From assembly GCA_964489425.1 (NCBI GenBank), contig CAZAYP010000001.1:80171-144170 (forward strand): DNA of 64,000 nt. Direction: 5' to 3'. How positions within the stretch are numbered: the stretch's first letter is position 1; every line of letters starts with the position of its first letter. The notes under the pieces were generated by a model. It saw nothing but the letters and a program-made list of their open reading frames with translations, did not search any database and was not told the DNA's origin. Both the position numbers and the translations under genes were made by a program. The DNA is from an uncultured Verrucomicrobiota bacterium (GTDB lineage Bacteria > Verrucomicrobiota > Kiritimatiellia > RZYC01 > CAZAYP01). Positions 1 to 8,787 of this stretch are shown piece after piece.

Positions 1-335
1 GCAACGCCTGCTCCCCGACCTGGCCGGCCGAGGCCAACGGCCTGGCCGAAGACCAGGACTTGAACTCCTTTATCTACAGCTGCACCTGGCCGGCCAACCC
101 GTGCCGCCCCAACGGCGATGTCATCACCAACAACGCGCACTGGGTGGACGCGGCCGCGGGCGACTTCCGGCTGCGCGCGGACTCTCCCTGCCGCGATGCA
201 GGCCTGAACGCGGTGTGGATGTTCAGCGCCAAGGATCTGGCCGGCCGGCCGCGCGTTGTCGGCGGGCGCGTGGACATGGGCGCGTATGAATACCAAGTGG
301 CGGGCGTGCCCTGGCAACTGCTGCTGTTGCCGTGA
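1..335 (+). CDS. Partial (5'-truncated) choice-of-anchor-Q / beta-helix secreted protein, C-terminal part
   Basis: Frame is open from position 3 (NACSPTWPAEANGLAED...). Contains GDFRLRADSPCRDAG...DLAGRPRVVGGRVDMGAYEY and is paralogous to the next gene. Confidence 0.85.
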   Translation, partial: NACSPTWPAEANGLAEDQDLNSFIYSCTWPANPCRPNGDVITNNAHWVDAAAGDFRLRADSPCRDAGLNAVWMFSAKDLAGRPRVVGGRVDMGAYEYQVAGVPWQLLLLP

Positions 336-369
336 GTCGCAGGCCTGACAGGAAGAGGAGAAAAATACC

Positions 370-1905
370 ATGACAAGATTCCCGGTCGCGCAGTGGGCCT
401 TCGCGGCGGCGGCGCTGTTCCCGCTGGCGGCGGGTTGGGCAACCACCCGGCATGTCTGGCAGAACTCCCCAAGCCCGAACCCGCCATACAGCAGTTGGGC
501 CACGGCGGCCCATACCGTCCAAGCGGCGGTGGACGTGGCCAACGCCAATGACACGGTCCTGGTCACCAACGGCATCTACACGTTGAGCCAGCAGCTCAAC
601 ATCAGCAAAGGCGTGACCGTCCGCAGCGTGAACCCTACGTTCGCTCGCCTGGATGCCAATTACGCGGATCGGTGCGTGTACATGAATCACGCGCAGGCCC
701 AGTTGGTCGGTTTCTTCCTTGAACACGGCCGCAAGGCTGCGGATGGCGGCGGCATCTACATCGATACGGCCGGCGGCATCGTCTCCAACTGCTGGCTGGT
801 GGAAATGCAAAGCCAGGGCGCCAGCGGGGGTGCGATCTTCTGCAACACCACCGGGCTGGTCACGGACTGCACCATCCAAAACAGCGAGGCCGACGCGGGC
901 GGCGGCCTGTACTGCCACCGTGGCGGCCGCGTGGACAACGCGCTGATCGAGAACTGTTATGCCCATTACAACGGCGGCGGCGCGCTGCTGTACCAGGGCG
1001 GCACCCTCGGCAACACCTGGCTTGTCCACAACCGGGTCGAGGGCAACAACCACTGCGGCGGCGGCGTGTACGGTTTCGAGGGCGGCCTGGTCGAGAATTG
1101 CACTTTGAGCTTTAACGTGGCCGTCATGGGCGGGGGCGCCTGCTTCTACAACGGCGGCACCCTGCGCGCCAGCAACGTGTTTTCCAACCAGTGCGATCGG
1201 TATGGCGGCGGCGTGGCGATCATCACCGCCGGGACGGTAACGGATTGTTCGATCCACGACAACGACGTGACCAACGGCGCGCCCTACGGCCTGGGCGGGG
1301 GCGTCTATTGTCTCTATGGCGGCCTGGTGGAGAACAGCTGCATCTCCAGCAACTTTGCCGGGGATCGCGGCGGCGGCGCGACCTTGGAACAAGGCGGCAC
1401 GCTGCGCAACTGCCTGTTGGAACTCAATGTCAGCTGGTACTGGGGCGGCGGCGTGCACTGCAAGGACGGCGGCCTTGTTGAGAACACCACCATCGCCCGG
1501 AACACCTCGGATCGCGCGGGCGGCATTTTCCTGCAGGGCACCAACGCCGCGGTGCGCAACTGCATCGTCGTGGACAATGGCACCTGGACGTTTACCTCGA
1601 AAAATGGCCTGGCGGAAGACCCGGACCGCAACACGTTTGTTTACAGTTGCACATGGCCCACCAGTCTCTGCACCATCGCCACCGGCAACCTCATCACCAC
1701 CAACGTCAACTGGGTCAATAAGGATGCCGGTGATTACCGCCTGCGTCCGGACTCGCCCTGCCGCGACGCCGGCACGAACCAGAACTGGATGCTCACGGCC
1801 CGCGACCTGGGCGGCCTGCCCCGCATCTGGAACCAGCGCGTGGACATGGGCGCCTACGAGTACCGGGCCGCCAACCTGGCGTGGGCGTTGCTGCTGTTGC
1901 CGTGA
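370..1905 (+). CDS. Secreted right-handed beta-helix (GGG-repeat) protein with choice-of-anchor-Q C-terminus
   Basis: Signal peptide, TAAHTVQAAVD motif, repeated GGG..C...GG.V.NC units, DYRLRPDSPCRDAG...VDMGAYEY. RBS-like GAGGAG upstream. Confidence 0.85.
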   Translation: MTRFPVAQWAFAAAALFPLAAGWATTRHVWQNSPSPNPPYSSWATAAHTVQAAVDVANANDTVLVTNGIYTLSQQLNISKGVTVRSVNPTFARLDANYADRCVYMNHAQAQLVGFFLEHGRKAADGGGIYIDTAGGIVSNCWLVEMQSQGASGGAIFCNTTGLVTDCTIQNSEADAGGGLYCHRGGRVDNALIENCYAHYNGGGALLYQGGTLGNTWLVHNRVEGNNHCGGGVYGFEGGLVENCTLSFNVAVMGGGACFYNGGTLRASNVFSNQCDRYGGGVAIITAGTVTDCSIHDNDVTNGAPYGLGGGVYCLYGGLVENSCISSNFAGDRGGGATLEQGGTLRNCLLELNVSWYWGGGVHCKDGGLVENTTIARNTSDRAGGIFLQGTNAAVRNCIVVDNGTWTFTSKNGLAEDPDRNTFVYSCTWPTSLCTIATGNLITTNVNWVNKDAGDYRLRPDSPCRDAGTNQNWMLTARDLGGLPRIWNQRVDMGAYEYRAANLAWALLLLP

Positions 1906-1979
1906 GGCGCGGCAGCAGGCCAGCCGCCCATCCGTGCATGGACTTTTGGCGATGATCGGGTTATCCTGCGGCAGGCATT

Positions 1980-3140
1980 ATGAAAACCATTGGCGTGGCG
2001 ACGTTCAGCCGGGCAGAATACGGTTTGTACCGGCCGATCCTGCAGGCGATCCGGCAGGCGCCTGACCTGCGCCTCTTCCTCATCGCCGGCGGCGCGCACA
2101 TGGCAACCGGCGCAGCCGGCAGCCGGCAGGAAATCCTGGCCGACGGGTTCACTATCGACGCGCAGGTGGACTGCCGGCCGGCCACCGACAACCCGTGGGG
2201 CGTGGCCGACGCCATGGGCCGCGCCACGGCCGGCCTGGCCCAGGTTTTTGCGCACGCGGAAATGGATTTTCTGCTGCTGCTGGGCGACCGGTTCGAGATG
2301 CTGGCCGCCGCGGCCGCGGCCGTGCCCTTCGGCATTCCCCTCGCCCATCTGCATGGCGGTGAGATCACCGAAGGCGCCATGGATGACCAGTTCCGCCACG
2401 CCATCACCAAGCTGAGCCACCTGCACTTTGCCGCCACGGCCGAGTATGCCCGCCGCATTCGCCAGATGGGCGAGGAAGACTGGCGCGTCACGGTCAGCGG
2501 CGCGCCGGGCCTGGACAACCTGCGCACCCTCAAGCTGCTCGAGCCGGCCGCGCTGGGGCGGGACCTCGGGCTGGACCTGGCGCAAGCGCCGCTGGTGGTC
2601 ACGTGGCACCCGGCGACCCGCGCGTGGCAGGAATCCGGCGCGCAGGCGGCAGAGTTGCTGGCCGCGCTCGAAGGCGTGGACCGCCCGATGGTGTTCACGC
2701 ACCCCAACGTGGACATGGGGTCGCAGCCAATCCTGGCGGCGCTGAAGGCTTTTGTTGCCGCGCACCCGGCGTGCCGGCTGGTCGAAAACCTGGGCACAGT
2801 CCGTTACTTCTCGCTGCTGCAGTGTGCCGCGGCCATGGTGGGAAACTCGTCCAGCGGGCTGATCGAGGCGCCATCGTTCGAGCTGCCAGTGGTCAATGTG
2901 GGCGACCGCCAGCGCGGCCGCGCGCGGGGCCGCAACGTGCTGGATGCGCCCTGCGACCGCGCCGCCATCTGCGCCGCGCTCGACCAGGCGCTGCAACCGG
3001 AGTTCCGCGCCGGGCTGCGCGGCGTGGCCAACCCCTACGGCGACGGCCACGCGGCCGAGCGCATCGTGCGCGTGCTGCAGGCCACCCCACGCGACGCCCG
3101 GCTGCTGTGGAAAAAATTCCGCGATGAACCCGGCGCCTGA
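1980..3140 (+). CDS. neuC: UDP-N-acetylglucosamine 2-epimerase (hydrolysing), NeuC/LegG family
   Basis: SRAEYG, LGDRFE, HLHGGEITEGAMDDQFRHAITKLSHLHF, GNSSSGLIEAPS, GDRQRGR, NPYGDG motifs. Confidence 0.9.
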   Translation: MKTIGVATFSRAEYGLYRPILQAIRQAPDLRLFLIAGGAHMATGAAGSRQEILADGFTIDAQVDCRPATDNPWGVADAMGRATAGLAQVFAHAEMDFLLLLGDRFEMLAAAAAAVPFGIPLAHLHGGEITEGAMDDQFRHAITKLSHLHFAATAEYARRIRQMGEEDWRVTVSGAPGLDNLRTLKLLEPAALGRDLGLDLAQAPLVVTWHPATRAWQESGAQAAELLAALEGVDRPMVFTHPNVDMGSQPILAALKAFVAAHPACRLVENLGTVRYFSLLQCAAAMVGNSSSGLIEAPSFELPVVNVGDRQRGRARGRNVLDAPCDRAAICAALDQALQPEFRAGLRGVANPYGDGHAAERIVRVLQATPRDARLLWKKFRDEPGA

Positions 3141-4266
3141 CAACCTGGTCCGCCAGGCATCCGGCCCGGCGCCCGCGCTGTCCATCCTGGTGCCGGTGTA
3201 CAACACCGCGCCTTACCTTCGGGACACGCTGATATCGGTCCTGTCGCAACCCGGCCTCGACTTCGAGGTGGTGGCGGTGGACGACGGGTCCACGGACGAT
3301 TCAGCCGCGATCCTGGACGCGATCAAGGACCCGCGCCTGACCGTGGTGCGGCTGTCTGCCAACCAGGGCCGCGGCGCCGCGCGCAACGAGGCGGCGCGCC
3401 ACGCCCGCGCGGATTGGCTGTGCCCGTTCGATTCCGACGACATCATGCTGCCCAACACCCTGGCTGGCTATTTCCGTGACGTTACCGGGCGGCCCGACTG
3501 CGGCTGGGGATACTGCGGACTGCGGGCCCTGGATGAGACACTGACCGAGCCCCGGGGCGAGATGAACCAACCCTTTGACTGGGTGCGATTCCTGCGCGTG
3601 ATGCTGGTGACCCATGGCATGAGCCTGTTCCGCAAGGACCTGTTCGCGGCGGCCGGCGGGTACCCGATCGATTTGCCGCGCGGCCAGGACTACTACCTGT
3701 TCCTGCGGCTGCTGGAATGGGGTGTGCCGGCCCATTATAACCAGATCTGTTTCCTCTACCGCCAGCGCGCGGACGTCACCCCGGAGAACCAGGCGGAAAA
3801 CCGCGCCCGGGTCCAGGCCGCCTGGAACGACCGCCGGGGCCGGAACCGGCTTGGGCCCCGCGGCCCGCACGCCTGCTGGGTGGACCTGGGCGCGGACCTG
3901 GTTGCGGCATTCCAAGGTCAGGATTGGCCGCGCGTGGTCGAGCTGGGCCGCCAACTGCAGGCGCGGGGCGTGCCGGGATTCGAGCTGGATCAATACCTGG
4001 TGATCGCCAGCATCAAGCTGGGGCAACGGCGCGCAGCGCTGGCCCAGGCGCTGGCAGGCCTGCAACGGCTGGGCCGCGCGCCGGACGTGGTGCCCGGCAA
4101 CCTGGTCTGGATGGCGCGCGAAACCTTGCGGATGGCGCTGCAGGAACGGGACCCCGCGGTGGTGGCTGCCGTTCAGCCCGTGGCCGCGCAGGTGCAGGAC
4201 ACATGGCCGGACCAGGAGTTGGGCACGCTGCTGGCCGCAGCAGGGGGCGCTGATCATGCCCGGTAA
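3124..4266 (+). CDS. GT2 glycosyltransferase with helical (TPR-like) C-terminal extension
   Basis: SILVPVYN, VDDGSTD, ARNEA, FDSDD motifs. Start taken at ATG 3124, overlapping the neuC end. Confidence 0.8.
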   Translation: MNPAPDNLVRQASGPAPALSILVPVYNTAPYLRDTLISVLSQPGLDFEVVAVDDGSTDDSAAILDAIKDPRLTVVRLSANQGRGAARNEAARHARADWLCPFDSDDIMLPNTLAGYFRDVTGRPDCGWGYCGLRALDETLTEPRGEMNQPFDWVRFLRVMLVTHGMSLFRKDLFAAAGGYPIDLPRGQDYYLFLRLLEWGVPAHYNQICFLYRQRADVTPENQAENRARVQAAWNDRRGRNRLGPRGPHACWVDLGADLVAAFQGQDWPRVVELGRQLQARGVPGFELDQYLVIASIKLGQRRAALAQALAGLQRLGRAPDVVPGNLVWMARETLRMALQERDPAVVAAVQPVAAQVQDTWPDQELGTLLAAAGGADHAR

Positions 4267-6400
4267 CCCGCAGGAACTGCTGGCCTACATGCTCCAGCAC
4301 AATGGCATCACGAAAACCTTCCAACACGGCACGGACCGGTGGCGTTTGGACTGGACCAAGCTGGGCATCAGCCCAACCCAAACTGCGGACGCCCAACTGG
4401 GGGTCCTGGCCCAAGCCGACGCAATAACGGGTGGCCGCCTGCTAAAAGACCTGGCGCGCGCCGGAGCCCAAACACCCGCCCTGATCATGGACATGGCGTT
4501 GCCCCCGGGATTCATGACGGAGCCGGAACTGGGCGCGCGCTGGGTGGCCGTGGACCTGGATGGGCCGGGCGGCATGACCCTGTTCCTGCCGCGGGCCGGC
4601 CAGTTCCGGGAGTTTCACGTGCTGACGGAGTACGGCGGCCGGCACAGCCCCAGGGTCAACGCGCCGCGGGTCATCCGGCCGGGGGACACGCCGCCCCTGC
4701 GGATCGTGACCATCATGAACTATCCGGACGACACCCTGTACAACCTGATGTGCATGATCTGGATGCGCCAGGTGCAACAGCACGCGCCCGGGTCCCGGAT
4801 CCTTGTGCTGACCGCCGATGGCCTGCCGCCGGCCGTGGCCGCCTGGTTCAAGACGTTTGCCAACGTCGAAGTGGTCGCTGCCGGCCAGCACCCGATCGAG
4901 GGGTTCGATCACTTCAACCTAGCGTTCAAGCTGTACCATTTGGCCCGGCTGCGCGAGGCGTTCCTGTTCCTCGACGCCGACATGTTTGTGCTGGCCGACC
5001 TCGACTACTTATGGCAACGGCGCAATTACAAGCCGTGGATGGCGGCCGGCACCGGCCAACCCCTGACGTATTTGAACGGGCATCCGGTGGTGGGGCTTAA
5101 CTCCGGCCTGCAACTGGTCTCTGATCCCCCCTTTTACAACTACGACCAAATCCGCGCCTGTTTCATGGCGCATGGCCGCCGGTTTCCCTACGCGGGCGAG
5201 GACCAGTGCCTGATCCGGGATTATTTCGAAACGATCGAATATCTGCCCTGGCATCCGGATATCGGCCCGGAATGGAACGTGTGCTCCCTTTACGCGCGGC
5301 TGGCTCCGGACACCGCGGGTGTCTGGCACGGGCAGCGGCAGGACCATCCGGACAAGCCCGTGTTCATCAGCCATTACTGGAACGGAGTAAGCCGGCCATG
5401 GAACATGGAGTGCCCGCTGTACCTGGCGCGGCAAGCGGAGTTTGACCGCCAGGGGATTTCCTACCGGGCGGCCGCCGCCGCCCACCCCGCAGTCAAGCCC
5501 GGCCCGGCCACCTCCCACGTGATGCGCGTGGCCTTGTTTAACGCACCACCAGACCTGCCAACCAGGCCCGGCAACCATCCGTTTTACCCGCTGGACCAGT
5601 GGCGGGTGGAGGTTGTTCCTGACCTGGCCCAGGCGGATTGGGGGTTGGTGCACCTGGACCCAACCCACCCCATTGACGATTACAAACGATTCCTGTACCT
5701 GCACCACGAGCTCTTTAAGCAGAACGAGACACGGTTTGTCTTTTGCTCGGACCACGGGTTCCCCGACTTTTTATACACCAACCGGGCGCTGCACCTGGCC
5801 GCGCACCCGATTTATGAGCGCCGGCGCAACGAGATGTCCCGGGTGGTTCCCATCCCGTTCCAGTATGACGTCATGGCCCCCGAGCTGGTCCTGGACCGGG
5901 CCTTGCATAGCCACCTACGCAACCTACCCAAGGTCCGTGACTTTTTCTATCCCGGCCCGGCTGCGGATCTGGCCAAGGCCGGGGCGCTGCCGGCGGATGT
6001 CGCCCAAGTAACCGTGCGCCCGTTATCACGGGATGCCTGGCGCGCGTTGCCGCAAGCGGAACAACTGCGCCAAGGTCGTGAATTGCTGACCGAGATTGCC
6101 CAAAGCAGGTATCTCATCCACGTCCGGCAGGGACTCAGCGACATTCCGTATCTCGTATACAATGCCCTCATGGTTGGGACGATTCCGATCCTGATCGCGA
6201 CCCCGGACCTTGCATTTTCCGAGCGACTGCGCTGGCAGGACTGGTCATTTGTTGTTAATGGCCTCAATATCAAGGAAATACAGAATATATCTATCGACCA
6301 GGCATCCTTGATGCGTGACCGTGCCATGAATTTCTGGGATACCTATTGTTTTCCGCCCCTGTGCAATGACCGTATTCTGTCTTATTATTTAACCCGTTAA
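4256..6400 (+). CDS. Multidomain glycosyltransferase (unknown N-terminus + GT8-like + exostosin/GT47-like C-terminus)
   Basis: FLDADMFV (DxD), LNSGL, EDQCLI in the middle. YNALMVGTIPILI...WQDWSFVV resembles the exostosin C-terminal motif. Confidence 0.6.
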   Translation: MPGNPQELLAYMLQHNGITKTFQHGTDRWRLDWTKLGISPTQTADAQLGVLAQADAITGGRLLKDLARAGAQTPALIMDMALPPGFMTEPELGARWVAVDLDGPGGMTLFLPRAGQFREFHVLTEYGGRHSPRVNAPRVIRPGDTPPLRIVTIMNYPDDTLYNLMCMIWMRQVQQHAPGSRILVLTADGLPPAVAAWFKTFANVEVVAAGQHPIEGFDHFNLAFKLYHLARLREAFLFLDADMFVLADLDYLWQRRNYKPWMAAGTGQPLTYLNGHPVVGLNSGLQLVSDPPFYNYDQIRACFMAHGRRFPYAGEDQCLIRDYFETIEYLPWHPDIGPEWNVCSLYARLAPDTAGVWHGQRQDHPDKPVFISHYWNGVSRPWNMECPLYLARQAEFDRQGISYRAAAAAHPAVKPGPATSHVMRVALFNAPPDLPTRPGNHPFYPLDQWRVEVVPDLAQADWGLVHLDPTHPIDDYKRFLYLHHELFKQNETRFVFCSDHGFPDFLYTNRALHLAAHPIYERRRNEMSRVVPIPFQYDVMAPELVLDRALHSHLRNLPKVRDFFYPGPAADLAKAGALPADVAQVTVRPLSRDAWRALPQAEQLRQGRELLTEIAQSRYLIHVRQGLSDIPYLVYNALMVGTIPILIATPDLAFSERLRWQDWSFVVNGLNIKEIQNISIDQASLMRDRAMNFWDTYCFPPLCNDRILSYYLTR

Positions 6401-6454
6401 CCGTAAGACAGTTGCGCGACAAGCCACGAACCTTGAAAAACAAGGCCTTCTGGC

Positions 6455-6483
6455 TTGCCAACCTCCGCGAAATACCGGATAGT
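6455..6483 (+). promoter_or_regulatory. Candidate sigma70 promoter
   Basis: TTGCCA-17 bp-GATAGT in an AT-rich gap upstream of the Mur ligase. Confidence 0.4.
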
Positions 6484-6509
6484 GGATCCTTTGGAAATGT
6501 TACCAAATC

Positions 6510-7862
6510 ATGAGCGAATCGACCTCCAGGCAATATCATATCGTCGGTGTGGCAGGCGTGGGCATGTGCGCTCTGGCCGAGGTGTTGCGCGCCCAGGGAA
6601 ACACGGTTTCCGGGTCTGACCGCCACCTTGACCAAGGGCGGGATCTGGACGTGCTGCGCAGGTTGCAAGCCCAGGGCGTGCGCCTTACCCCGCAGGACGG
6701 ATCGGCCGTGACGCCAGGGACCGAAGCGGTGCTTGTCAGCACAGCCATCGAGCCGGACAACGCGGACCTCCTGGCGGCGCGGACGCACGCGGTCCCGGTG
6801 GTCCACCGGGCCGCCATGCTGGCCAAGCTGGTCCAGGGCCAGCGCTGTGTGGCCGTGGCCGGAACAGCCGGGAAAACCACGGTCACCGCGATGATCGGCT
6901 GGCTGCTGGAACAGGCGGGCCTGGATCCATGGGTGGTCAACGGCGGCGCCGTGGTCGGCTGGGACACCGGCGATCGGGTGGGCAACGTGCGCGCCGGCCA
7001 TTCTGATTTGTGGGTGGTGGAAACCGATGAAAGCGACCGATCCTTCCTGAACTTCCATCCCGAGTGGGCGGTGATCACCAATCTTTCCAAGGACCACTTT
7101 GAGCTGGATGAAACCGTGACCTTGTTCCGCCAGTTTGCCCGGCAAGTGCGGCGCGGCATCGTCAGCGGGCCGGGCGTGCAAACCCTCATGGGGCCGGCGG
7201 AGGGCCCGTTCCTGCCGGAGGAGCACGCCGACTGCACGCGCGGCGATGTGAGCTGGAGATTTTCCCACCAGGGCGTGGACTACCTGGTCCCGATGCTGGG
7301 CCGGCACAATGCCGTCAACGCTTTCAACGCCGTGCGGCTGTGCCGCCAGCTGGGGGTGGCGCCGGACATCCTGCAGCAAGGACTCAAGACCTTCCGCGGG
7401 GTGCGCCGGCGGCTGGAGATGATCGGGTGGGCCCGCGGGATCACGGTGGTGGACGATTACGCCCACAACCCGGCCAAGATCAAGGCCGCCTGGCAAGCCG
7501 TGGGCGACAGCGGCGAACGGATCATCGGCGTGTGGCGGCCGCACGGGTTCGGCCCGCTGGCGGCCATGATGCCGGAGCTGGCAGCCGCGTTCGGCGCCGG
7601 CATGCGCGAGCCGGACCGGCTCTTCCTGCTGCCGGTCTATTATGCCGGCGGCACGGCCCAGCGCAACGTGTCCAGCGAGGATCTGGCGGCCCGCCTGCAG
7701 GCGGCCGGCCGCAAGGCGGAAGCGGTGCCGGACTACGAGACCCTGATGGCGCGGCTGCTGACGATCTGCCAGATCCGCGACGTGGTCTTGTGCATGGGCG
7801 CGCGCGATCCGGATTTGCCGGTGTTTGCCCGCCAACTGGTGGCCCAGCTTGAGCGGGCCTGA
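6510..7862 (+). CDS. Mur ligase family protein (MurC/Mpl-like)
   Basis: HIVGVAGVGM, VSGSD, AVAGTAGKTTVT, VETDESD, HNAVNA, FRGVRRR, VDDYAHNP motifs. Confidence 0.85.
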   Translation: MSESTSRQYHIVGVAGVGMCALAEVLRAQGNTVSGSDRHLDQGRDLDVLRRLQAQGVRLTPQDGSAVTPGTEAVLVSTAIEPDNADLLAARTHAVPVVHRAAMLAKLVQGQRCVAVAGTAGKTTVTAMIGWLLEQAGLDPWVVNGGAVVGWDTGDRVGNVRAGHSDLWVVETDESDRSFLNFHPEWAVITNLSKDHFELDETVTLFRQFARQVRRGIVSGPGVQTLMGPAEGPFLPEEHADCTRGDVSWRFSHQGVDYLVPMLGRHNAVNAFNAVRLCRQLGVAPDILQQGLKTFRGVRRRLEMIGWARGITVVDDYAHNPAKIKAAWQAVGDSGERIIGVWRPHGFGPLAAMMPELAAAFGAGMREPDRLFLLPVYYAGGTAQRNVSSEDLAARLQAAGRKAEAVPDYETLMARLLTICQIRDVVLCMGARDPDLPVFARQLVAQLERA

Positions 7863-7890
7863 TCCCGCGCGGCGCGCGGGCACGCCGGTT

Positions 7891-7920
7891 TTGACAGCGC
7901 CCCGTTTTTTGAGGTATAAC
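7891..7920 (+). promoter_or_regulatory. Sigma70-type promoter of the rfbF operon
   Basis: TTGACA-18 bp-TATAAC, then AGGAGG RBS (7936-7941) and ATG 7950. Confidence 0.7.
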
Positions 7921-7949
7921 CACGGTTCATGAAACAGGAGGCTGAGAGT

Positions 7950-8723
7950 ATGAAAGCCGTCATCCTGGCCGGCGGCTATGGCACGCGGCTGGCCGAAGAG
8001 ACCGGTGTGCGGCCCAAGCCCATGGTGGAAATCGGGGGCATGCCGATCCTCTGGCATATCATGAAAATCTATGCCCGGTACGGCATCCGCGACTTCATCA
8101 TCTGCTGCGGCTACAAGGGCTACATGATCAAGGAGTTTTTTGCCAACTACCTCGTCCGCAACAGCGATATCCGGGTGGATCTCGCCCGCCAGCGGGTCGA
8201 GGTGCTCAAGCCGGCGGTCGAGCCCTGGTCCGTAACCCTGGTTGACACCGGCGAGCAATGCGGCACCGGCGGCCGGCTGCGGCGGGTGCGGGAATATCTC
8301 GGCAACGCGCGGTTTTGCTTCACCTACGGGGACGGGGTGGCGGATGTGGATCTCGAGGCCACCCTCCGGTTCCACGAGCAGGAGCAGGTGTTGGCCACCC
8401 TGACCGCGGTGCAGCCGCCCGCGCGCTACGGTGCGCTGGACCTTGCGCCCGAACACGCGCGCGTCCGCATGTTCAAGGAAAAGCGCGGGGAGGAACACGC
8501 CTGGGTGAACGGCGGCTTCTTTGTCCTCGAGCCGGCGGCGCTGGATTATGTCACCGACGACAGCCAGATGTTCGAGGGCCCGCCCATGGAGCGCCTGGCT
8601 GCGGAGGGCCAGCTGGCCGCCTACCGGCACCACGGATTCTGGCGCTGCATGGACCATCTGAGCGACAAGATCCACCTGGAAGATTTGTGGGCGTCCGGCC
8701 ACGCGCCGTGGAAAACGTGGTGA
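7950..8723 (+). CDS. rfbF: Glucose-1-phosphate cytidylyltransferase
   Basis: MKAVILAGGYGTRLAEET..PKPMVEIG, TGGRL, FTYGDGVAD, GFWRCMD, APWKTW. Confidence 0.92.
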   Translation: MKAVILAGGYGTRLAEETGVRPKPMVEIGGMPILWHIMKIYARYGIRDFIICCGYKGYMIKEFFANYLVRNSDIRVDLARQRVEVLKPAVEPWSVTLVDTGEQCGTGGRLRRVREYLGNARFCFTYGDGVADVDLEATLRFHEQEQVLATLTAVQPPARYGALDLAPEHARVRMFKEKRGEEHAWVNGGFFVLEPAALDYVTDDSQMFEGPPMERLAAEGQLAAYRHHGFWRCMDHLSDKIHLEDLWASGHAPWKTW

Positions 8724-8787
8724 GGCCGACCGCCAGGCCAGCCAGCGGCCCCGCGGGCACGGGGCCGGCATTGCAAGGAGACCGCAC

